Of a stretch of DNA of 64,000 bases, positions 26,805 through 36,450 are shown one piece after another. The DNA comes from Squalus acanthias. Lineage: Eukaryota. The stretch spans positions 9,672,001-9,736,000 of the forward strand of contig CM059445.1 in NCBI GenBank assembly GCA_030390025.1. The letters run 5' to 3'. The notes beneath the pieces are model-generated. The model ran no database searches. It was not told the DNA's origin and saw nothing but the letters and a program-made list of their open reading frames with translations. Position numbers and translations under genes: made by a program. How positions within the stretch are numbered: the first letter of the stretch is position 1; each line of letters begins with the position of its first letter.

Positions 26805-27122
26805 ATTCATGGATGTGGGCGTCGCTGGCAAGCCCAGCATTTATTGCCCATCCCTATACTGAGTGGCTTGCTAGGGCAGTTAAGAGTCGACCACGTTGCT
26901 GTGTCTGGAGTCGCATATAGGCCAGGCCGGGTGAGGATGGCAGATTTCCAACCCTAAAGGACGTGAGTGAACCAGATGGTTTTTTATGAGAATCCGGTAA
27001 TTACATGGTCACCATTATTGATAGATTTTTATTCCAGATTTATTTAAATTCCCCAGCTGCTGTGGCGGGATTTAAACCCATGTCTCTGGATTACTATCCA
27101 GTGACATAACCACTATGCTACC
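26805..27122 (-). mobile_element. tRNA-derived SINE with CR1-derived 3' tail
   Basis: Minus-strand head ggtagcatagtggttatgtcactgga...gggtttaaatccc (A/B-box-like); tail gggatgggcaataaatgctgg shared with the LINE end at 820-870; a partial + copy lies at about 63495-63700. Confidence 0.7.
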
Positions 27123-27437
27123 GTTCCGGGCGTGAGGTCATGGATACTATATGGTACCAGGATAGGGTAGAGAAAGGAGTAGACCTGTGCCTCTTTTTGA
27201 GGCTCTAATTCATAAACGGCCGAACCTAAAATCTGTGAATTAAATAGTTCTGGGTATAGTCTTTATTCTAACTTGACTTACTTCAGGCATAGCGAGTGCA
27301 GAAATTAATCACTCTCTATCTAATCAGCCTGGCTTTCTTTGGAATCTTGCATCTACTATCTACAATTTAAAAAAAAAAAAGAAGAAATTACCAGCTTTAT
27401 TCTTGGATTGTCCTTTACCATCTCTCTTCCTTACCAG

Positions 27438-27533
27438 GCAATGCTAGAGAAAGCCAAGAAGGGCAGCCTTGTTGTCGCTAGGAGTGTCCTGAATAACCGC
27501 AACATTGCAGCAATGCTAGAAAAGTACAAAAAG
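27438..27533 (+). CDS. akap8l: AKAP8/AKAP8L-family penultimate coding exon
   Basis: ttaccag|GCA ATG...AAA AAG|gtaagt; KKGSLVVARSVLNNRNIAAMLEKYKK. Confidence 0.94.
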
Positions 27534-28444
27534 GTAAGTGTGCCGTGTTCAAGTGTAATTAGTTCTATTATTGACAACATGGCTATTGTTTGGCAGCGAA
27601 CCGCAGGGAGAAACTAATAGGCATTGGTTTGCAAACTCTTGCAAAATTGGTTGGTTATTCTGGGTTTGAAGCTTGGGAAGAATCTGGCAGTTTGTATTCC
27701 ATGCTGTTGATCATCGTGCTGTCTGGAAGGCCCTGCTGCCATACAGGGGAGCGCACGCAGTACAAAACCACATGTTCTGACTTGTATTAACCGTGATTTG
27801 GACACTGTTCCAATGGTATCTTAACTAATATGTCAGTGGTCAGTTCAGTCACCTGCTAGGTAGAAATTAAGTGTCTCTAAAGGTAAAAATACAACCAATT
27901 GTTGCCAAAAGAGTCAGTGTTCCTACTGATGGCCATTAGCATTTTGAAGAGTTTCAATGGCAGTCAGTAAAATCTAGATGACTCACTAATAGATTTTTAA
28001 CAGGCAGGTGTATTTAAATTTGTGATTTATTCTGTAACATTTTACCGTGCTCCATCTTGGTTCCAATATATTTTGAGGTTTTTTATCTCAATGCTTTGAA
28101 AGTTCTGTTCCTCGACAGGAGTAGGAATGCTCTGAAGCCTTTGAGTGAATTCTATTCCTCAATCATACGGGTGATTTGTGAGACTAATAATTCCTGGTGT
28201 CTCCAAGGACAATTCAAATATTTTTTTCTGGGGGGGGAATACATTTGATTTCAAATGATGAGGGGGGGCACACTTTTTTGGACTTTAAATTTAGTAATTT
28301 GATATGAAAAAGCATTTCTCATATTGCTGGCCTTAATGGAGCACTTGAATATCTGATCACTTCATCTCTGTTGGCATTAATACTTGAGTCTTTTCTTCCA
28401 GGAATTCTATTAAAACTGGCTAATTGTATACCTTCCTTTTGCAG

Positions 28445-28864
28445 GGCGAGAACCCATTCACTGATGACCCAGACAAAGATGAGGAGGATGCAGGTGATGA
28501 GACTGCTGAGGGCGATGGCTTGAAGGATAGCACCATGGAGGTTGAGAACAAAGGGGAGACTGAAGATGCCGAGAACAATACCATCGACACAGATGGAATA
28601 AAAGTGGTAGATCCCTCTGAAGAAAATGCTGGGAAGGCAGCGGAGGAGGGGGCTGAGGGGGAGGCAGCGGAGGAGGGGGCTGAGGGGGAGGCAGCAGAAG
28701 AAGGGGCGGAGGGGGAGGCAGCAGAGGAGGGGGAGGCAGCAGAGGAAGGAGCTGGGGTGGTGGTTGGGGAGGCAGATACTGCTCTTGCTGCAGAAGACAA
28801 GGAGGTAGAATTGACAGCTGAAGAGGAAGATGAGATGTTGAAGGGAGAGGAACAGTTGGAGTAA
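28445..28864 (+). CDS. akap8l: AKAP8/AKAP8L-family terminal coding exon (acidic tail)
   Basis: tttgcag|GGC GAG AAC CCA TTC (GENPFTD), Glu/Ala/Gly-rich tail, TAA at 28862-28864. Confidence 0.93.
   Translation, partial: GENPFTDDPDKDEEDAGDETAEGDGLKDSTMEVENKGETEDAENNTIDTDGIKVVDPSEENAGKAAEEGAEGEAAEEGAEGEAAEEGAEGEAAEEGEAAEEGAGVVVGEADTALAAEDKEVELTAEEEDEMLKGEEQLE
28634..28753 (+). repeat. Coding 27-bp tandem repeat (EAAEEGAEG x ~4.5)
   Basis: gaggcagcggaggagggggctgagggg units repeated in frame, one unit shortened to 18 bp. Confidence 0.9.
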
Positions 28865-29062
28865 ATTTTAGTACAACTTTTCTGCAGACGTGCAGATATA
28901 TAATTCTATCCCATACCAGCTATTGAGGTTTATACTAGTTTAAGAATTTCATTGTTTTTAACTTGCCAGTACATTTGTGTTCACTTGCTGTTTTGCAGTT
29001 TCACCTGATACGGCTGATAACCAAGTCCAGTTTTCTCTTACATCTGATGTGAATTTTTTTTA

Positions 29063-29068
29063 AATAAA
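29063..29068 (+). promoter_or_regulatory. Proximal polyadenylation signal of akap8l
   Basis: AATAAA about 200 nt after the stop, followed by GT/T-rich sequence. Confidence 0.65.
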
Positions 29069-29918
29069 CTTGGTTCCTGTAATGTGATTAACGTGGTGTT
29101 CAATTGACCCTATTAACTTTTCTTTAAGGACTGGCATGAAGTTTGTTTGCAGTAATCGAAGCTTAAGTGATCTTTAACTCGTAAGGTCTGACTGTCTTGA
29201 TTCCAAGCGATGCAACCCAGAATTGTTCTCACGTGGTCCTGATAGAGCAGTTGCAAAGCTAAGATACTGGTTTAAAATTTCTCATTTGGTTTGTGTACAG
29301 ATGAGGTGTAAATATGCAGCAGGATTTGGGTAACTGGAATATTTTGTTGTATTAATTAGCTCTCTTGCATGAAGATGGTGGTGAATGGCACTTTTGAGCA
29401 TGTTGCTTTGTTTTAATTCTGATTTCGTAACTGCAAATACAAGACTAGCACTGCCTGCGGTAAAGCAGCTATTGTGAAAATCATCTAGAATGCTTTGGGG
29501 CACTAATACTGCATTCCTGCAGGGTGTAGACTGCCTCTTGAGGGTTCAAATTACCTTTTACATGCAGATGGTAAACTCCTTTCCTGGTGAGGCTGATCAG
29601 CCTGACTCGACTTGCATTTGCACCTCCGTGTTTTCAAACCAAATGCAGATCAACTGGCATGTGAACTGACCGGCCAGGTGATTCAGTATTGAGCTGGAAA
29701 CAGGTTTGGCTTGGCTCTGGGGAATGCAGTGTGGTTTAGCATTGTATAAACTGCAGGAAGTAGTTGCACTTTTCTTTTCTCCTATCCTGGGTTAATTCTA
29801 CCCTTGCTTTTCTGTGCGACAGTAACTTTATTTAGGCTATTTCAATGCAATGTACTTGGACTGGACTTCATTGTTTTCAATTTTATACACCACTGTAAAT
29901 CAGTTTGTAGCAGTGTTA

Positions 29919-29924
29919 ATTAAA
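29919..29924 (+). promoter_or_regulatory. Candidate distal polyadenylation signal of akap8l
   Basis: ATTAAA with upstream TGTA motifs and downstream GT-rich gtgtcttggttctt. Confidence 0.4.
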
Positions 29925-30934
29925 ACTTCCAATGCAATCCTCAGTGTCTTGGTTCTTAAAGCTCTACATTAAGTGTCCTAATTGGTCTATTGCATGTTGC
30001 TAACCTGTGAGTGAATGGAGATATTACTGCTGTTTTTCAGTGGGAATATGGAAACCATATCTAACCTGTACACTAACAACTTGGATTTGCATAGCCCCTT
30101 TTTAACGTCTTAAGAAAATGGATGTTGACCAAAAGCTTGGGCAACGGTGGTTTTTGAGGAAAGGCGTGCCAAAGAGCTTAAGATTTAAACACAAGTATGA
30201 GAATTAAGGGCAATGTGTTATAATCTGGGATTAGAGAGAGATACCACAACCACACAGTTATAGGGGGATGGTGTGGTTGCAGCTTGGGGGGGGCAGAGTT
30301 AGATATTGCATCATGGCCCATCTGTCTTGTCTGGTTGGGGATGCAGACAGCTGTGGTCCCACTGGACTTGGTATTGAGTTGTATGACTGGAATGAAATTG
30401 GCCTGGGGTGGGGTGCCAAGGTGCAATGCACCAACTAAAAAATGTTGCAAATACACAACAGGTCTTTCAGCAGCAGGAAAATGAACAAAAGGGACCCATT
30501 AATTACATCTACATTGTTAGAGCAAATTTTTTTCTCTTGTCCCAGATGGTGTCGGGCCTTTGTAATATGGATGTTTACTGGTTGGAGATGTGTACTGCCA
30601 TATTGTTCCTTTAGCTGCTCCCTCCACTATCTTGCCAAGGTGGACATTAGTGTAAACTTGGACACAAGTGTCAGTATGCAACCTGTTCAAGGACAGCCCA
30701 AGTGAACTCAATCCTTTCTTGATGCCTAATAACTTGTCTAGTAACAGTTACTGGAAAGTAGTAGGATTCCTGCTTCATCTGGGAATAACCTTACTTCTGC
30801 AGCAACAGTTTATCAATTGATGTGCAACCTGGATGTGTGCACAGTTCAGAAACTGCTGGTGAATTCACATTAATATTTCATCTTGAGTACCCAACTAAAA
30901 ACACATTCCAAATTCACCAGACTTTTTTCTTTAA

Positions 30935-31170
30935 TTCATTCCTGGGATGTCTGCATTGCTGGCAATATTACCCATCCCTAATTGACCATAAAGGTGGTGG
31001 TGAGCTGCTGCCGTCCAGGTGAAGGTACTCCCATAGTGCTGTTGGGGAGGGAATTTGACTCGGCTGCAATGAAGAAACAGCAATATATTTCCAAGTCCAG
31101 ATTGTGTAACGTGCAGGTGATAGTGTTCCCGCTGCCCTTCTCTGCAGTAGAGGTGGGTGTGGGAGGTGCT
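30935..31170 (-). mobile_element. CR1-group 3' remnant (same family as 806-1314)
   Basis: ggtggtggtgagctg...gaaggtactccca.agtgctgtt.gggaggga matches 880-960. Confidence 0.7.
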
Positions 31171-31229
31171 GTCGAAGTCAGAACAGATTGATTCCACTGG
31201 GCAGACACGTTTAGTTTTGATAGTTTTTG

Positions 31230-31235
31230 TTTATT
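31230..31235 (-). promoter_or_regulatory. Candidate distal polyadenylation signal of wiz
   Basis: AATAAA on - strand at the end of a roughly 2-kb U-rich, TGTA-rich, repeat-poor block. Confidence 0.35.
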
Positions 31236-34200
31236 TGGAGTAAATGGATAGATACACAACCTTCAGTAACATGTACAGCAGTAACAGTTTGTAGCTCTGA
31301 GGCACCAGCTTCCAGTTTGGTTTGTTTAACCTCCCAACAGTTTAGAACAAAAAAAAGTTAGTGTGGTAAGTTGAATCAAAATGGGCTGTATACACAAATG
31401 TCTTTCTTGGAAGCTTTACCATGTACTAAATTTATAAACAACTCCCAAGTACAAATATCAGTAAATACAGCTGTATGCACAATCAAGTGTACATATAAAA
31501 AAAAATTATAAAATGCAGTGTCTACCTAATTACAAATGTGTTCCACTGACCCCAGTAACAGAACCTCAACAGCTCAGGATAGGAGTAAGCAGTAGAAAGA
31601 CTAAAGGTTGCACTAAAAACATGGAAACTTATTTCTCAGGTTATACCTGAGAAATTTCACCATAGCTGTCAGGCATCGGCTTTGGGTTTCAAACTGTTTA
31701 ACACATGAACAGCCTCATTTTTACTGGTCCTCATTTTCATTAGATTACCAACAGCAAAGAGAAAAATACCAGTTAATGAGGATTAAAATAAGGATGTATT
31801 GGGCCCTGCTTGGAGAACATTTATATACATTGCAGAGAGAAAATCACTTACGTCTACCATCTAGTTAAACAGCGATAACTACCCAACACATACGTCCTAC
31901 CTTGCAGGGTAATACTGAGTGAAGACTTGCATTAAAAGCACAGATTCACAGTAACGCCGAGCCCTGGCTACCACATCACACTGTGCTAAAGAATGGAAGG
32001 AAGTATATCTGTGCTTGAAAGTCACTACACTAAAGGCTTTGATCTCTCCCCAGAGCAAACAACTGAAAAGAGAAGCTTGTGCACCTCCTAGAGGCCAAGA
32101 GGAAAAAAAAAGTTGCGCTAAGGCTGGGGAGGAAGAAAGATGATCTATAGGAATGTTAACGCCACGCAAAGCAAGGATAATAAATCCGACCAATGTTCAT
32201 TTGCTTCTTGACAATTATATTCTAGCAACCACATGATTGAGGCAAAAAACATCAATACTTCACCTGCCTGGACAGAATGCATCATCAGGGGAGCTTCTCT
32301 ATGTCCATGAAACCACTATCAAGGTGTCTTGCGCGCGCCCCCCCCCCCCCCCCTCCCCCTGCTCAGTTTACACTAGTCTTTTGTCTGGCCCCAGAATCTT
32401 GCTATCAAGTTTACAACATGTACACATACCAAACCTGGGAGCCTAATAACCCTCTATGGTTGGACTTCGATCACTACAAATTGGTTAAGTACTACAACTG
32501 ACTCTAGGAAAGCATGAGACACAGGCAAAATGCAATTATTTTACATCATACAATTGGAACTAAAATATCTTGTTTTTCAAAATAGACCTCAAAATGCAAT
32601 TGCTATATCTGTTTAAAAGATCTTTGTTATATGCTGGATGTTGTTGCCTTTCTATATATAAAAAAAAGCTTGTCCAATTATTCGTTAGCATCCTCGTGTA
32701 GCTGGCATCAGTGAAACACTTCATTTAAGACCATGAATTAGAATTCCAAGTGTAAAAGTGACTTTTAACCTACAAAATACATCTATACAAAAGCAGAATT
32801 TGACAACTTTTTTAAAAACAGTATGAGGGGGAAGGGGGTTTAATAATAGAATGGACTGGGCATCACTCACACTAGCAGGAAAGCTTTGAAAACTCAATGC
32901 TACCACAACAATTGCTCATTGGAAACTGAACTGTTAATTAATGTTTACATGCAGGCTACATTTCCATTCATTGATACTTGGCATTGATTTGAAAGACATT
33001 TGTCTTTCCCTCCTCCAGTCACAGTTGATGCCAGTCCCCCCCAATAAGCGTCTCCACATCCCCAACCTGAGGACTTCAGTGGGGGCTGATGAGGAAATCT
33101 GTAATCACTCAGGATTTCTTTTGACACTGCAGTTCAGCAAAACACAATCTTGGCTGGCATACTCTGATCGCTTACTCCTTACAGCTCCATTCTAGTTCAG
33201 CTCAGCCTGTAACCCACTGACTCTCCCACTTCCAATGAAAGGCTGCATTCTGTGGCCATGGGGAACCAGACATTGAGAGCATATCTGCCAGGCAGTTCTG
33301 TATTCTGGTAGAGTTGCTGCAATTTGTTTTCACAAGCAATAGCACGCAAGGTTTACAGTATACAGGGGTTTTAAAAAAACAGCATAGCTCCAATCAGTAT
33401 CTGGTACAGAAAGTGCCAGTCTGTGCAACACATGCAGGTGTGATGGTGCTCTGTAGAACTATCTGTAGTGGAATAACAGCAGCAATAAAAAATGGAAACA
33501 CAGGGGGCTGGTCAGCATCTGTCAAGAGAAAAGGCAGGTTAACATTTTGGGTGTGTGCACTTAAAAGAAGCACAAAGGGTGGTAGAGGCAGAAACCCTCA
33601 TCGCATTTAAAAAGTACCGCAACCTGCAGGGCTATGGACCAAGAGCTGGAGAGTGGGATTAGGCTGGATAGCTCTTTGTCGGCCTCTGTGCCATAAATTT
33701 CCATGATTCGATATACATCCTAAGCATTAACCTGGATTTTCATTTTACAGATGGGGACTGGCCTGCTGAGTATTCTGGGTTGCTAACTTGAACTCCAATT
33801 ATGTTTGCAGATAGGAGTCAGTGAAGCACTGGAAGGGCTGTTTGAGGTGTGGTGGGGGCAGGTAACTTAAGTGAAAATAACTCCTTAAAGCGGCATGGTA
33901 TTTTTGAGTCGCAATTCACTGTTGCTGGGATCTCCAAGCCGATAGACTAAGCAACCCAACCCCCACCAGCTGTTCTGCAGTACACCACTTTGGCAATCCT
34001 TCAGGGGCCCAGATGGCTTATGAATGGAGAAATATCTGCCACCACAAAGCAGTGAGGGAAACTGGAATAAGCGCAGGGGGAAAATAAACGGCGTTACTTG
34101 GCTTTGAGTGCAGTAGGAGGGCATCCCTCAAAGCAACAAGCCTCTATGCAGCTCAAAGATTCACAGCTGTGCATTCGGACTTCATGCATCCCACTTCCTC

Positions 34201-35415
34201 GCATAGGATCATTCACTGGAGATTCATCTCGAATGTTCCAGATGGTGGGCAATCAGTTTGGCCTCCGACTCCCAGGCTCTGCTTCTAGCTCACGAGGGGC
34301 AGAGTTTCCGAATACGCGCCTGAGAAAAAGTTTAACAAATCAGATCACCGACAGTTGTATCTTGGCTTGGAAGTGAGTTAGTGCCTGCCAGGCGTGTGGG
34401 TGGTCAAGGAAGGCAGATGCTGCAAAGGCACTCCTGTTGATTCACTAGCACAGATCCTACATCATTGTGTGGCTCACAATCTCCCTCTGGTGTAACTGAC
34501 TGTAACCCTGGAGATCCTGAGAGCAGGGAAAGATTTCAAGTGGGGTGTTCTACAGATGGGGTAAAGGAATGTTCTGTGGGTTTCAGACAGTGTCTCCATC
34601 CAGTTTCCCACCCCTCCTGAAGTCTCTTGAACGTGCTCAGTTTTGTTGGGAGTTGAGTTTCATAGGCTCCTACAGTCTATCCCATACCTCGTGCAATGTT
34701 TAACGTTAGTCAGAGGATGTCAGCAGGTTACTGAGCCACACAGCTGAGGCCAATCCTGCCCGCATCCGACATCCACAAGCATATCTTCCAACAGGAGCCA
34801 ATGGACAGCGATCATGAGCAGTAACCCCAGTAGATTTCTTTCTTCCCTTTCCCAAGATCAGCTTGTTCAACAGAGACTGGGAGTTAAACCTAGCACCTGC
34901 AGGACACCACATGGTGATCTACCACTGAACCATTGGGGAAGCTGACAAGCCAGGCAAGAGATATCCTTGTGATTTTCCAGTTACACAGCTTACCATAAAC
35001 CCAGGGTACAGACTGAAGAATGATCACAGTTACTGCCTGCGCCCTACCTCAGGATTCACTGACTGACTACGAGATGCTCTGTGCCTTGATCAGGATTGTT
35101 GGGTGAGAGTTCCAGGCTCCTACGCTGTATCTCATACCTTGCCCAAGTGGCTGTTTTTCAGAAATGGTAAACGATTGGCACATTTGAAATGGACCAGCTC
35201 TGCAGAGCCCACTGAAATCCTACAAACAGATGTCGGGGTCAGACGGTAACATCTCGATTGGCACAGAACTCCCCAATAATTAACTCCAGGATTCCCATTC
35301 CCCCATTCTCATCGCTTCACCATTGGCGGCCGTGCCTTCAGCTGCCTGGACCCAAGCGCTGGAATTCCCTCCCTGAACACCCCTCTCCTCCTTTAAAACA
35401 CTCCTTAAATCTACC

Positions 35416-35518
35416 CAGTTCTGACGAAGGGTCACCGACCTGAAATGTTAACTCTGTTTCTCTCTCCACAGATGCTGCCTGACCTGCTGAGTGTTTCCTA
35501 CATTTTCTTTTTTTATTA
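35416..35518 (+). mobile_element. 103-bp Penelope-like/retrozyme-like insertion with hammerhead core, inside an L2 tail
   Basis: 13-bp TSD ccttaaatctacc at 35403-35415 and 35519-35531; CTGACGA-A-GGGTC acc GACCT-GAAA core. Confidence 0.75.
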
Positions 35519-35854
35519 CCTTAAATCTACCTCTTTGATCAAGAGGCAGGCTTCTGAACCTTTTGTGGCTTAATCCATGTAATGAAAAAAAAATCAACGG
35601 GTATTACACATTGCCTTTGGACTCATTTGTATCGACAGGGTTAATGCTGACCTATACATTAATGCTAAAATCCCCATGCCGGCACATATAAAGTATCTTT
35701 AAATTACCTTTCAGATCACCGTTTAACAAAAAAAAATTACCTACTACTTATTTGTTAGCCAGCCCATTATAAACAGAGAAGTAACTGTAGGGAGCACAAA
35801 ATCTTCAAGAGACAGGATAACCCATCAGTCCACTGGACCCTATGCTGCCTGTAA

Positions 35855-36450
35855 CACAATCCTGCGCCCAACAAACTGGCGCTGCCCCCCCCCAATCCTG
35901 CGCCCCACAAACTGGCGCTGCCCCCCCACAATCCTGCACCCCACAAACTGGCGCTGCCCCCCATCCTGCACCCCACAAACTGGCGCTGCCCCCCCCACAA
36001 TCCTGCACCCCACAAACTGGCGCTGCCCCCCATCCTGCACCCCACAAACTGACGCTGCCCCCCCACAATCTGGTGCTGCCCCCCATCCTGCGCCCCACAA
36101 ACTGGCGCTGCCCCCCCCCAATCATGCGCCCCACAAACTGGCGCTGTTGTCTCCTGCGCCCCACAAACTGGCGCTGCCCCCCCCACAATCCTGCACCCCA
36201 CAAACTGGTGCTGCCCCCCCATCCTGCGCCCCACAAACTGGCGCCGCCTTCCCCAATCCTGCGCCCCACAAACTGGCGCTGTTGTCCCCCGCCCCAATCC
36301 TGCGCCCCACAAACTGGCGCTGTTGTCCCCAATCCTGCGCCCCACAAACTGGCACTGTTGTCCCCCTCCCCAATCCTGCGCCCCACAAACTGGCGCTGCT
36401 CCCCCACAATCCTGCGCCCCACAAACTGGCACCGCCTCCCACAATCCTGT
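35855..36450. repeat. GC-rich minisatellite, about 30-41-bp units, about 17 copies
   Basis: Repeated aatcctgcgccccacaaactggcgctg followed by variable C-runs. Confidence 0.95.

Noticed and set aside
28420-28800. Minus-strand Ser/Ala/Pro-rich 126-aa ORF
   Set aside because: Antisense shadow of the acidic akap8l terminal exon
32081-32097. CTCF-like motif (also 47148-47160)
   Set aside because: Partial matches with mismatches at informative positions; expected by chance in 64 kb
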